Of a DNA stretch of 64,000 nt, positions 48,165 to 56,641 are shown piece after piece. A program made the translations under genes and the position numbers. The number at the start of each line of letters is the position of its first letter. The stretch's first letter is position 1. Source of the stretch: Patescibacteria group bacterium. GTDB lineage: Bacteria > Patescibacteriota > Microgenomatia > Levybacterales > UBA12049. Below the pieces are notes generated by a model. It saw nothing but the letters and a program-made list of their open reading frames with translations, did not search any database and was not told where the DNA came from. Location: assembly GCA_035510555.1 (NCBI GenBank), contig DATKGX010000048.1:12148-76147 (forward strand). Reading direction: 5' to 3'.

Positions 48165-50987
48165 ATGAATAATAGTGACTATCAGCAGGAGCTAGCATTA
48201 ATTCATCAGTTACAAACTCATACGTTTTCCGTAGGGCATGCCTATCTCCTCATTCTCTTTGGTCTTCCATTACCAATTCACTTAAAACTTGCTATCTACC
48301 ATTTCCTTACATCTCTACCGCTTCCGCAACTGTCTCCTATGCAAACAACCGTCCTCATCCTGGTCGGCCCAATCCTTTTCCTTGTATTCATGTATTTCTT
48401 TGTTAAGCTCGTAATTACTATCGTAAGAACGCTTATCCCTTTTGTTTTAACTAGATTTAAGAAGACAAAAGAAGAGAAGATATTCTTAGAGTTAACGTTC
48501 CCTTCAGATACAAGTAAGTCTGCGTATGCCACGGAGCAACTATATAAAACGATGCATACGGTAGCCGGAAGAAACAAAGGCTTTTTTTCTGTCAGGAAAA
48601 CATTTTCTTTGGAAATTGTCTCAAGCCGAAATGACGGAATTAGATATATCATTGGTGTTCCACCAGCTGATGCAGATGTTATGCGTCGAACCTTGATATC
48701 ATATCTTCCCGGTCTTTCTATCCGAGAAATTCCGGATTATCTACAAAGCATGCTGGTTGTTGAAGAAAATGAAGATGCTAAGCAAGCAACAGAGAAATCA
48801 CTTGGTTTTGTACAATTTACTCTCTCCGATGACTTTGTCTTACCTTTAGAGAACCAAAAGGTGCTCGGAAAACACGATTCCATCGCATTTCTAGCCGGCA
48901 ACATGACTAAGCTTGAAAAAGGAGAGCTTGTCGCTTTCCAGATTGTCACAAGCCCTACGGTAAGTAGCAAAGTGAGGGAACACATGCTGCGTGCGAAAAA
49001 CGCTATCTATCAAGGAAAGCCATTATCTCCGGTTTTGTTTAAAAAAAGTGCTTTACCGCTTCCCCCTGCCCTCATCCTTATCCTAGGCCCTGTTGTTTGG
49101 CTTACGGTTTCGTTTGTAAAACTTTTACTTGCCATGCCTCACCTGATCCTTGATCCTAAGGGGCCACACGCAAAATATTTTTTTGATTCAAGTTCAAAAA
49201 GTCAGCTGCAAGCTATTCTTAATCCTTATGAAATGGAACTTTCAACGGTTGTCAAAGGAAAACTCTCAGAACAGTTGTTTGAAACATCAATCAGGCTACT
49301 TATTATGACAAATACCGAGGAAGAATCTGATGCCAGACAAACCGGCCTTGTCTCCTCATTTAGTCAATTTACAAGCCAGTACCAATCATTAGTACAACAA
49401 GAAATGACTCCACTCCCATTTTTAGCTAATCAAATATTTAAGAAACGCTTCACAGATTTTCAAAAGCGTAATCTATCCAATGACAACTTAATCCTTTCTT
49501 CATCTGAAATTTCCGACCTATACCATTTCCCTAATATGGATATTACAAAAATTGAGGGGCTGGTTAAAAGTAAGAGCAGTGAGCTACCAGCACCCAGGTC
49601 CATAAAAAGAGATGATGGCGATCTTGATGTCATTGTCGGTAAGAATACCTATGGAGGAGAGGAAACAGCAGTTGGGCTAAGAAAGAGGGATCGATATCAA
49701 CATACATACATCGTCGGTAAAACGGGTATGGGAAAATCTACCATTATCGAGGGGATGGCATTACAGGATATTCAAAGCGGAAAAGGGATCTGTGTTATTG
49801 ATCCGCATGGAGACATGGTTGAGCATTTATTAACCTTAATTCCCAAAGATAGACAAAAGGATGTTGTCTTTGTTAATCCATTTGATAAAGAGTTTCCTAC
49901 AGGGCTTAATATTTTAAATCCCGGTACAAATTACGAAGATCTTGAAGAAGAACACCGAAGAATTGCCCAAACTGTGATGTCAATATTTATGAAAATAACG
50001 CCGGAAAGACATTGGGGCCAACGTATGGAACATATTTTAAGAAATGCGATTCTGACAACTCTCCTAATACAAGCAGGCACTACGAATACACCCTACATTT
50101 CCCTTTATACAATCCAAAAGCTTTTAACAGATGATAAGTATCGAAAATCTGTTACGGGAACTCTTTCCGATCCTATTTTAAAGCAGTTCTGGGAAAAAGA
50201 ATTTATGTTGTTTAGAAAAGGTCAGCAGGGGGATATGGTTGCGCCCTTAACAAATAAAATCGGAGAATTTATTACCGATCCACTCTCGCGATTCATATTA
50301 CTGCAGAAAAATAGCACCATCAATATTTCAGAAATTATGGATAATAGTAAAATCTTGCTTGTTAACCTTTCTAAGGGAAATTTAGGAGAGGAAAGAAGCG
50401 CCTTTTTTGGAACAATAATTACCTCTCTTATTCAACTTGCTACCTATCAAAGAGCACAGACTGAGGAAAAGAAAAGGCGTGATTTTTTCGTTTACATTGA
50501 TGAATTTCAAAACTTTGCAACGCCTCATTTTACCGAGCTGTTTTCAGAAGCCAGAAAATATCATGTATATTTTACCCCTTCTCACCAAAACATTGCCCAG
50601 ATTGATGATCCAAAAGTGTCAAAAGTAATTAAAGGCAATAGCGGAAACTTCATTGCTCTTAAAGGAAGCTCTGATGATGAAGAGGCTATGCTACCCATTT
50701 TCTCCCCGGAAGTAGAGAAAGGACAAATCGTCAATCTTGCTCCTTTTCATTTCTTTATGAAAGTAACCAATGATGAAAGTGAAGACGCCTTTACCGGTGT
50801 TACAATACCGGTTGAAAGTAGCGGAAGTAAAGAAACAAAGGAGGGTATTATTAAACAATCAAGACTGCATTACGCAACCAAACGGGAAGATGTTGAAAAG
50901 CAATTAGAACAGCTACTTAAAGTCGCTCCAAAGGTTCAAAAACAAGTGCTTAAAAATACAAGGATTAAAAAGAAACGATTAGCATAA
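48165..50987 (+). CDS. Membrane-anchored P-loop ATPase of the FtsK/HerA/TraD-VirD4 superfamily, a candidate conjugative coupling protein
   Basis: 940 aa. N-terminal about 100 aa with 2-3 TM helices. Walker A GKTGMGKST followed by VIDPHGDM. Walker B FFVYIDEFQNF. Confidence 0.5.
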   Translation: MNNSDYQQELALIHQLQTHTFSVGHAYLLILFGLPLPIHLKLAIYHFLTSLPLPQLSPMQTTVLILVGPILFLVFMYFFVKLVITIVRTLIPFVLTRFKKTKEEKIFLELTFPSDTSKSAYATEQLYKTMHTVAGRNKGFFSVRKTFSLEIVSSRNDGIRYIIGVPPADADVMRRTLISYLPGLSIREIPDYLQSMLVVEENEDAKQATEKSLGFVQFTLSDDFVLPLENQKVLGKHDSIAFLAGNMTKLEKGELVAFQIVTSPTVSSKVREHMLRAKNAIYQGKPLSPVLFKKSALPLPPALILILGPVVWLTVSFVKLLLAMPHLILDPKGPHAKYFFDSSSKSQLQAILNPYEMELSTVVKGKLSEQLFETSIRLLIMTNTEEESDARQTGLVSSFSQFTSQYQSLVQQEMTPLPFLANQIFKKRFTDFQKRNLSNDNLILSSSEISDLYHFPNMDITKIEGLVKSKSSELPAPRSIKRDDGDLDVIVGKNTYGGEETAVGLRKRDRYQHTYIVGKTGMGKSTIIEGMALQDIQSGKGICVIDPHGDMVEHLLTLIPKDRQKDVVFVNPFDKEFPTGLNILNPGTNYEDLEEEHRRIAQTVMSIFMKITPERHWGQRMEHILRNAILTTLLIQAGTTNTPYISLYTIQKLLTDDKYRKSVTGTLSDPILKQFWEKEFMLFRKGQQGDMVAPLTNKIGEFITDPLSRFILLQKNSTINISEIMDNSKILLVNLSKGNLGEERSAFFGTIITSLIQLATYQRAQTEEKKRRDFFVYIDEFQNFATPHFTELFSEARKYHVYFTPSHQNIAQIDDPKVSKVIKGNSGNFIALKGSSDDEEAMLPIFSPEVEKGQIVNLAPFHFFMKVTNDESEDAFTGVTIPVESSGSKETKEGIIKQSRLHYATKREDVEKQLEQLLKVAPKVQKQVLKNTRIKKKRLA

Positions 50988-51015
50988 TTGTCCTCGATGT
51001 TGAGGACAATATTTT
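50988..51015 (+). terminator. Intrinsic terminator hairpin TTGTCCTC-gatgtt-GAGGACAA followed by TATTTT
   Basis: 8-bp perfect stem and a U-rich tail directly after the ATPase stop codon. Confidence 0.6.
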
Positions 51016-51127
51016 AGGCAATTTGAGCATAAATTAAAGATAAATTGTGACACCTACCCTTACCAAATACGGAGTATATTATACGGTTGGGTATGGCATA
51101 AATACTAAACTTACAAAAAATAACTTA

Positions 51128-51922
51128 ATGACACAACTAAACCTAACAAACAAACAACAAGAAATATTAACACTAATCCCTAGATTTAGATTCTTAGACA
51201 GAACCCATATCCAAACATTCTTAAAACATAAAGACAAGAAACGAATCAACAGCTGGTTAAAAAACTTAACAGAAAAAGAATACATACAAAGAATATATGA
51301 CAATCATATTGTGGGAAAGAATAGAAGAGCTGCTATCTTTTCTTTAAATAACAACGGAGTAAGATTTGTAAAAGCTTTAGGAATATATGACAGATCTTTT
51401 ATTCATAAACTGTATTGGGACAAAGACAGGTCTGATGCGTTTATTGAGCGCTGTCTATTTATTGCCACAATCTGTTGTGAGCTTGAAAAGAAAGAAAGCA
51501 ATATGCTGCATTACGAATACGCAACTGAAAGCGATTTCTGTGATCCAACTAACCCCTTTCATTTTTTAAAAGTTTCTAAATTACCAATCGATTTATACTT
51601 TAAAAAAAGAAAGGGAAGATTAACAAAGCATTTTCTACTGACATTATTTGAGCAAACTCTTCCGCGTTACAGACTACGAAAAAGGATTAGGGATTATCTA
51701 GAATTTTACTATAGTAATGACTGGAAGAATCTTACAAATACTAAATTTCCCACGCTATTATTTGTGTTTCAAACAAAAGAGCGCATGATTTATGCAAAGA
51801 GGTATATCAAAACGCTGTTTGATGATGATAGCCCTGATGATTTATCAATCAATCTCGCGGTAGCTAGCGACGTACAAACCGAAGGTGGCGTTACTGGAGA
51901 GATTTGGGAAGAGGTTGAATAA
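51128..51922 (+). CDS. Replication-relaxation (Replic_Relax, PF13814-like) family protein candidate
   Basis: ORF track starts at 51047. MTQLNLTNKQQEILTLIPRFRFLDRTHIQTFL matches the winged-helix N-terminus of replication-relaxation proteins from Gram-positive plasmids/ICEs. Confidence 0.45.
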   Translation: MTQLNLTNKQQEILTLIPRFRFLDRTHIQTFLKHKDKKRINSWLKNLTEKEYIQRIYDNHIVGKNRRAAIFSLNNNGVRFVKALGIYDRSFIHKLYWDKDRSDAFIERCLFIATICCELEKKESNMLHYEYATESDFCDPTNPFHFLKVSKLPIDLYFKKRKGRLTKHFLLTLFEQTLPRYRLRKRIRDYLEFYYSNDWKNLTNTKFPTLLFVFQTKERMIYAKRYIKTLFDDDSPDDLSINLAVASDVQTEGGVTGEIWEEVE

Positions 51923-51923
51923 A

Positions 51924-51957
51924 AATCCTACCGCTTCGGTTAGAAAGCGGTAGGATT
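51924..51957. terminator. Bidirectional terminator hairpin (13-bp perfect stem AATCCTACCGCTT / AAGCGGTAGGATT, loop cggttaga) between convergent genes
   Basis: Lies between the 51922 stop (+) and the 51964 stop (-). Confidence 0.65.
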
Positions 51958-51963
51958 AAAGCC

Positions 51964-52272
51964 CTACTCTTGTGGTTCGTGTAGCTTTTTAATTTCTGAA
52001 AGCCTGATAGGCTTAAAATACATGTCCCTTTCAATACTTAAATCCATCGGACCCTTAAGGTTTTGCAGTTCGGAAAGACTAAAATATCCTAACTCTGGAT
52101 AGTCTCCTGCTACGTAACCGAAAAAAGAATCTTTTCCGTCAAATTCTATGCCGTACCATTTCCAGCTTGTCCAAACAGCAAAGAATTTACAAACAACCAT
52201 CGGATCTTTCTCGTTTTCTTGAGAATAGAGTGCCGGCAATGCTTTTCTTAGTTCTTCTGTTATTAGTTTCAT
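51964..52272 (-). CDS. DUF2958-like protein (small protein common on conjugative plasmids)
   Basis: 102 aa. ...ALPALYSQENEKDPMVVCKFF...WKWYGIEFDG...FGYV.G...ELGYFSLSEL. Has a strong SD (AGAGGGGGTGA) 5 nt upstream, unlike its neighbours. Confidence 0.45.
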   Translation of the reverse strand: MKLITEELRKALPALYSQENEKDPMVVCKFFAVWTSWKWYGIEFDGKDSFFGYVAGDYPELGYFSLSELQNLKGPMDLSIERDMYFKPIRLSEIKKLHEPQE

Positions 52273-52304
52273 ATTTCACCCCCTCTCTTTTTAGAATTTG
52301 TTTT

Positions 52305-52400
52305 TAGGAAGCAAACCTGCTTCCTATACCAGAGACGAAATATGCGGGGTGAAGATTACAAGAGCGAAGCAAAGACTTCGTTTATATACTCTTGTAATCT
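52305..52400. repeat. Cluster of inverted repeats: a candidate oriT or structured RNA
   Basis: IR1 TAGGAAGCA-aacc-TGCTTCCTA (52305-52326). IR2 has a 12-bp stem AGATTACAAGAG (52353-52364) / CTCTTGTAATCT (52389-52400) enclosing the nested hairpin CGAAG-caaaga-CTTCG (52365-52380). Confidence 0.4.
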
Positions 52401-52436
52401 GAGGGGTGCAACCCTTAGAAACACTAAATGTAAAAC

Positions 52437-52466
52437 TTGAAACTAAATTTATTGTTAAACTATAAT
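52437..52466 (+). promoter_or_regulatory. Promoter TTGAAA-N18-TATAAT, 6 nt upstream of the kinase ATG (leaderless)
   Basis: TATAAT at 52461-52466, then gagtaa, then ATG at 52473. Confidence 0.5.
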
Positions 52467-52472
52467 GAGTAA

Positions 52473-52982
52473 ATGAATAAACCAATATTATATATTTTAA
52501 GCGGTATGTCTTTTGCTGGAAAATCAGTATTAGCGAGAGAAATTGCTAAAACAAAATCTATTCCATATATTGATCCCGATGAGGTTTCTCGAGAAAGAGG
52601 ACTTGGACTAAATGGTGAATTTATTCCAGAAGAGATTTGGAAAGACATACATAAGGAAGCGGAACAGAGAGCCATAGAAATTTTAAAACAAGGAAAAAGT
52701 TTGGTTTATGATACAACTGCATTAATTAAAAAGGATCGTGATTATTTAAGAAATTTAGCTAATGAAAATGGAGCTGAACCATTAGTTATAATTGTAAACA
52801 TTTCTAGAGAAGACGCTTTTAAGAGATGGCAGGAAAATAATACAACCAATGAAAGATATGCAGTTCATATTAATGATTTTAATATGTGCGCTGATGGTTT
52901 TCAATTTCCCAAAGATGACGAGAAATTCATAGTCTATCAAGCTGGTCAAAATATTACTGAATGGCTAAGGAAAATAAATTAA
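52473..52982 (+). CDS. Small P-loop kinase, chloramphenicol-phosphotransferase-like (CPT/AAA_33 family)
   Basis: 169 aa. P-loop ILSGMSFAGKSVL resembles the CPT P-loop ILNGGSSAGKS. Leaderless. Confidence 0.45.
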   Translation: MNKPILYILSGMSFAGKSVLAREIAKTKSIPYIDPDEVSRERGLGLNGEFIPEEIWKDIHKEAEQRAIEILKQGKSLVYDTTALIKKDRDYLRNLANENGAEPLVIIVNISREDAFKRWQENNTTNERYAVHINDFNMCADGFQFPKDDEKFIVYQAGQNITEWLRKIN

Positions 52983-53081
52983 ATCTACGAAGCGGAAACC
53001 ATTGCGCCCTTCAGAAGAAGTAGTACTTGATCAATCGTGAAAGTACCAAAAGAGGGGCAAGACCCCTAAGAAGCTTTCTGA

Positions 53082-53087
53082 TATAAT
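53082..53087 (+). promoter_or_regulatory. Extended -10 (cTGaTATAAT), 6 nt upstream of ATG 53094 (leaderless)
   Basis: ctgatataat-caactc-ATG. Same arrangement before the other cassettes. Confidence 0.5.
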
Positions 53088-53093
53088 CAACTC

Positions 53094-53807
53094 ATGGAAG
53101 AAGAAATAAAAATCCCCCTTGGAGATAATAAGTTTGCTTATGGCACTCTAAGAGGAAACCTTGATCAACCCCTTATAATATTTGCTCACGGATTTACAGG
53201 AGATAAGAATCATCACATTTTTTTCAATGGTGCTAGGTTTTTTGAGAAACATGGAATTTCTTCATTTAGATTTAATTTCTATGGCGAGGAAGAAGATTCT
53301 AGGCAGTTAAATGATTGTAGCATCTCAAATCATGTCTCCGACTTAGATACAATAGTGTCATATTTTAGAGATAAAGCCAAAAACATTATTGTTGTTGGAC
53401 ATAGTTTTAGCGGAATAATAATACTTTCATCAAAAAAACAGCAGTTTGATAAAGCTATACTTTGGGATCCATCTTCTGATACTAAGAGCTGGTTAGTTAA
53501 AGACGCTAAATATATAAAAGAGCTTGGTCTATATTATTTCGATGACTGGGGAGTGTCATATACAATTGGAAAGCAGATGTATCAGGAATGCGTCGATTTT
53601 AACCCCGATCACCTATCCTCAAAATTTACAAAACCACTCAAAATAATTGTCGCAGGCAATGGAATACTTAAAGACGGTGGCCGAAAATATTTTGAACAAG
53701 CAAATCAGCCTAAAGAATTTGCTGTTATTGAGGGTGCGAGCCACAACTTTAATGAAGATGGGGTGGAAGAAAAGTTATTTCAAGAAACCCTTAATTGGAT
53801 AAAATAA
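53094..53807 (+). CDS. Alpha/beta hydrolase fold protein
   Basis: 237 aa. HGFTGDKNHH followed by the nucleophile elbow VVGHSFSG. Confidence 0.7.
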   Translation: MEEEIKIPLGDNKFAYGTLRGNLDQPLIIFAHGFTGDKNHHIFFNGARFFEKHGISSFRFNFYGEEEDSRQLNDCSISNHVSDLDTIVSYFRDKAKNIIVVGHSFSGIIILSSKKQQFDKAILWDPSSDTKSWLVKDAKYIKELGLYYFDDWGVSYTIGKQMYQECVDFNPDHLSSKFTKPLKIIVAGNGILKDGGRKYFEQANQPKEFAVIEGASHNFNEDGVEEKLFQETLNWIK

Positions 53808-53848
53808 GTTCTAATATCGTCTATCCCTCGGAGCAAATTAGCCTCAAA
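53808..53848 (+). repeat. Cassette-junction element J1 (GTTCTAATATCGTCTATCCCTCGGAGCAAATTAGCCTCAAA)
   Basis: Begins 1 nt after the stop codon. Related copies at 54534-54577, 55105-55121 (partial), 56001-56040 and 56573-56620. TAGCCTCAAAA alone occurs at 57142-57152. Confidence 0.6.
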
Positions 53849-53893
53849 TAGCGTACATTTTACCTGCCCATACTCTACTCAACCATTATCCTA

Positions 53894-53908
53894 TTGACAA
53901 TTTGTCAA
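53894..53908. promoter_or_regulatory. Perfect palindrome TTGACAA-T-TTGTCAA overlapping the -35 hexamer of the 53939 gene (candidate operator)
   Basis: 7-1-7 inverted repeat. TTGACA-N17-GATACT promoter, then about 10 nt to the ATG. Confidence 0.45.
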
Positions 53909-53938
53909 TGATTAAGGATACTATAGACAGAGAAAAAT

Positions 53939-54532
53939 ATGACAGAACCAATAGACGCATCAAGGGGAGTTCCTGCTCCAGTAGAACCAACGGGTGAACA
54001 ACCTCAAATTCCTCAAGAGGATAGATATATATTTAATCCAGCAGAGTTTGACGAAAAAGCCGCAGCTGAGCTAAGAAGACATGAGGAATGGCTTAGGACT
54101 GAGGGCTGGAGAGAAGACAGAGCCAGGGAAACTCTTGATAGACAAAGACAAGATTTGGCTGAGAATAGAACTTGGTGTGAGGCTTATTCTGGGAAAGTGA
54201 AAAGAGAATGGGGCTGGGGGGAAGTGAATGAAAATGCTGGCTACCCATCTTGGGCTCACATAATTACAGATATTGAAGACCAAGGAGTACCTCTAACAGC
54301 TGTGGAGATTGATGCTGCTATAGACTATCCGCTATGGCATGTACCTGTATCTCTCGGAGAAAACAGGCCACTAACTCAAGAGCAACTAGACAGGTTAGCA
54401 ACTAAAAAGAACATGGTACGAGCAAAAACTTTTGAAAAAGACATTGCAGATGCCCAGTTGCGTATGGGTGTAGAACCTCAAGTGGTACAGCACGCTGTAG
54501 GTTTAAATCAAGCTGCTGGCCGAGTTGTATAA
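53939..54532 (+). CDS. Hypothetical protein (197 aa), acidic and Arg/Glu-rich
   Basis: GC-richer codon usage than its neighbours. No motif recognised. Confidence 0.55.
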   Translation: MTEPIDASRGVPAPVEPTGEQPQIPQEDRYIFNPAEFDEKAAAELRRHEEWLRTEGWREDRARETLDRQRQDLAENRTWCEAYSGKVKREWGWGEVNENAGYPSWAHIITDIEDQGVPLTAVEIDAAIDYPLWHVPVSLGENRPLTQEQLDRLATKKNMVRAKTFEKDIADAQLRMGVEPQVVQHAVGLNQAAGRVV

Positions 54533-54533
54533 C

Positions 54534-54577
54534 TAGCCTCTAACATCCTCTATCCCTCGGAGTTACGTAGCCTCAAT
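54534..54577 (+). repeat. Cassette-junction element J2
   Basis: ctagccTCTAACATCCTCTATCCCTCGGAGttacgTAGCCTCAatt, followed by tgTGaTATAAT at 54583-54588. Confidence 0.55.
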
Positions 54578-54582
54578 TGTGA

Positions 54583-54588
54583 TATAAT
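54583..54588 (+). promoter_or_regulatory. Extended -10, 9 nt upstream of ATG 54598
   Basis: tgtgatataat-cccctaaat-ATG. Confidence 0.45.
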
Positions 54589-54597
54589 CCCCTAAAT

Positions 54598-55116
54598 ATG
54601 CCAGAAGGAGATAATTCACAAAGACAAGAAGTAGCAAGAAATGCAGAATTCGCCGGAATAATGGCAGAGGCGATAAAAAGACATGTTCAATATCCAGATA
54701 AATCAGCAACTGAACATGAATATCTGCTAGGATCTCTCGAAATTCCTGTAACTTTTTACTATCAAGGTGCTTCAAGATGTGCAATAAAAATAGACTGGAA
54801 TGACGATTGGGATGTAACTTATCACGTTGATCCTGAAGGTGTAATTAAAACAGGCTTTATTGACCCAAGAGAAACAACCGGTGACCCTTGCACATTCTGG
54901 GAAAATGATCCAGCGGAAATTGAAGACCACAAGCGTTTTGGGCGTAGATTTCTTCCTGCGCCTGCTGCCAATTCAATAGAGAAAAGTTTAATTAGTCAAT
55001 TAGCACAACATCCAATGCAAGGACAAAAAATCCTGTTGGATATTGCGGAGCATGCAGCGTGGAAAAATTATGAGATATGCCCCCAATTCCTCTCTGAACC
55101 AGAGGGAGCAAATTAG
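54598..55116 (+). CDS. Hypothetical protein (172 aa)
   Basis: Leaderless ORF. Its 3' end contains the GGAGCAAATTAGCCTCA junction core. Confidence 0.55.
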   Translation: MPEGDNSQRQEVARNAEFAGIMAEAIKRHVQYPDKSATEHEYLLGSLEIPVTFYYQGASRCAIKIDWNDDWDVTYHVDPEGVIKTGFIDPRETTGDPCTFWENDPAEIEDHKRFGRRFLPAPAANSIEKSLISQLAQHPMQGQKILLDIAEHAAWKNYEICPQFLSEPEGAN

Positions 55117-55136
55117 CCTCAGAAAGCAGCTTCTGC

Positions 55137-55142
55137 TATAAT
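55137..55142 (+). promoter_or_regulatory. Extended -10 (cTGcTATAAT), 7 nt upstream of ATG 55150
   Basis: TAGCCT lies 17 nt upstream at the -35 position. Confidence 0.45.
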
Positions 55143-55149
55143 CAGTCCA

Positions 55150-55590
55150 ATGACTTATTCAACTCACAAATTAAAACAAGAAGATCTTAGTAGTTTTGTT
55201 GATTTATGGAATCAAGATCCTGAAGCTTTAGCAACAAGTAAACGTGTGATGACATTAGATTTAGCACAAGATGGGTTTAAAGAGAATTATTTTGATTACT
55301 ATTTTGGTCTGTACGAAAATAATAAACTAATTGGCTTTATTCTTATAAAGAATATCGATGATAATATTTGGTTAAAACATATGTTAATTGATAATGGCGA
55401 AAGAGGGAAAGGGCTTGGAAAAATGTTTTTATCGGAAGTTCTCAAAATTGTTAACAATAGAATATTAACGGAAGTTGTTGAGGACAATGATAGGGCAAAA
55501 AAGTTTTATATAGATAATGGTTTTAGGGAAATTCGTTTTGATCAAGAAAGTAGGGATTATATTTTGGAATATATCCCATCACTGATATAA
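55150..55590 (+). CDS. GNAT family N-acetyltransferase
   Basis: 146 aa. Motif A ...IDNGERGKGLGKMFLSEVL. Confidence 0.75.
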   Translation: MTYSTHKLKQEDLSSFVDLWNQDPEALATSKRVMTLDLAQDGFKENYFDYYFGLYENNKLIGFILIKNIDDNIWLKHMLIDNGERGKGLGKMFLSEVLKIVNNRILTEVVEDNDRAKKFYIDNGFREIRFDQESRDYILEYIPSLI

Positions 55591-55591
55591 T
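55586..55591 (+). promoter_or_regulatory. Extended -10 (cTGaTATAAT) inside the 3' end of the GNAT gene, 6 nt upstream of ATG 55598
   Basis: ctgatataat-caactt-ATG. Confidence 0.45.
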
Positions 55592-55597
55592 CAACTT

Positions 55598-55999
55598 ATG
55601 AATAAAAAAGTATTAGAAATGTTTGCCAAAAGCACATTTAGCGTCTCTGAACAGAAATACATTTACGCAAAAGTTAAAAGTGTACCTACGTTATCTATTC
55701 ATTTTTTTGTTTCTCAAGACAAGGATGAAATAACTGTAGTAACTGAAGAGAATAACATTTCCTCCTTAGATTTAATCGAAAAGAATGATAATCTCTGGAG
55801 ATTAGTATCTCTTAATTTAGAAACGTCTTTTATGGCAGGGACATTAGCGATAATTAATTCTGCTTGTGCAGAAAAAGGATTGAATAACTTAATTATTTCA
55901 ACTTATTCGAAGGACTACTTAATCATAAAAGATTTACAAGCAAATCAAATAAGAGAAGTTTTGACCACTCTTGGATTTAATGAAAAATCCCTAAAATAG
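55598..55999 (+). CDS. ACT-domain-like small protein (ACT_7-like)
   Basis: 133 aa. ...KYIYAKVKSVP...FFVSQDKDEITVVTEE...STYSKDYLIIK pattern. Confidence 0.45.
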   Translation: MNKKVLEMFAKSTFSVSEQKYIYAKVKSVPTLSIHFFVSQDKDEITVVTEENNISSLDLIEKNDNLWRLVSLNLETSFMAGTLAIINSACAEKGLNNLIISTYSKDYLIIKDLQANQIREVLTTLGFNEKSLK

Positions 56000-56000
56000 A

Positions 56001-56040
56001 TTCTAATGTCCTCTATTCATCGGAGCTGCATAGTCTCAAA
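56001..56040 (+). repeat. Cassette-junction element J5 (TTCTAATGTCCTCTATTCATCGGAGCTGCATAGTCTCAAA)
   Basis: Starts 1 nt after the stop. Followed by cTGaTATAAT at 56051-56056 and ATG at 56063. Confidence 0.6.
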
Positions 56041-56050
56041 ATATTTCTGA

Positions 56051-56056
56051 TATAAT
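56051..56056 (+). promoter_or_regulatory. Extended -10, 6 nt upstream of ATG 56063
   Basis: ctgatataat-ctacct-ATG. Confidence 0.45.
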
Positions 56057-56062
56057 CTACCT

Positions 56063-56569
56063 ATGGAAATTGTTGATGTTGTTGATAAAGATTTAAACAT
56101 CCTATGCCAAATTTCAAAACAAGAAGCCCACGAAAAAGGATTACTGCATAAATGTGTTATTGCTGAGGTTACCAACTCCAAAGGCGAAATGATGCTTATT
56201 AAACCATATAGTCATAAGCAAGATGCCGGACAATATGTTTCGCCTGTTGGGGGACATGTATCTGCAGGAGAATCAGACGAAGATGCCTTGAAAAGAGAAG
56301 TTATGGAAGAAATTGGAATGAAAGATTTTACATACAAGCTCAAGGGAAAAGGAATTTTTAACAGATTCGTTCTTAATCGTCATGAGAATCACTATTTCCT
56401 TCTGTATGAAATATTTACAGACGAAGCTCCTCAGCTAGGAGACGAAGCTGAAACATATAAGTGGTTTACTAAAGAAGAGCTAAAAAAAGAATTAAAGGAA
56501 AATACTAAGGATTTTGGTGACGCATATATCTTTATTCTTAACAATTTTTACCCTGAATTATTAAAATAG
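56063..56569 (+). CDS. NUDIX hydrolase
   Basis: 168 aa. Nudix box GGHVSAGESDEDALKREVMEEIGM (GX5EX7REUXEEXGU). Confidence 0.8.
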   Translation: MEIVDVVDKDLNILCQISKQEAHEKGLLHKCVIAEVTNSKGEMMLIKPYSHKQDAGQYVSPVGGHVSAGESDEDALKREVMEEIGMKDFTYKLKGKGIFNRFVLNRHENHYFLLYEIFTDEAPQLGDEAETYKWFTKEELKKELKENTKDFGDAYIFILNNFYPELLK

Positions 56570-56572
56570 CAA

Positions 56573-56620
56573 GTTCTAATGTCCTCTATTCTTCGGAGCT
56601 CAATATTTTATCCTCAAAAA
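56573..56620 (+). repeat. Cassette-junction element J6 (GTTCTAATGTCCTCTATTCTTCGGAGCTC...ATCCTCAAAAA)
   Basis: Followed by tgTGaTATAAT at 56629-56634. The ORF-track start at 56579 is the ATG embedded in this repeat. Confidence 0.6.
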
Positions 56621-56641
56621 CCTTGTGATATAATCGAATTT

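Noticed and set aside
52296-52440. Riboswitch or known cis-regulatory RNA in the DUF2958-kinase intergenic region
   Set aside because: The hairpins do not match any riboswitch consensus I recognise (no T-box, TPP, SAM, glycine or cobalamin cores). It is kept only as a generic IR cluster and candidate oriT.
53052-53066. Terminator after the kinase gene (hairpin AGGGGC-aaga-CCCCT)
   Set aside because: The stem is only 5 bp, no U-tract follows, and it is immediately followed by the next promoter. Too weak to call.
56579-56641. N-terminal 21-codon extension of the 56579..57124 ORF
   Set aside because: The ATG at 56579 is part of the conserved junction repeat (TTCTAATGTCC...), which is also present non-coding at 56001 and is not an ATG at 53808 (GTTCTAATATCG). 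The promoter at 56629-56634 lies inside the extension. The real start is 56642.
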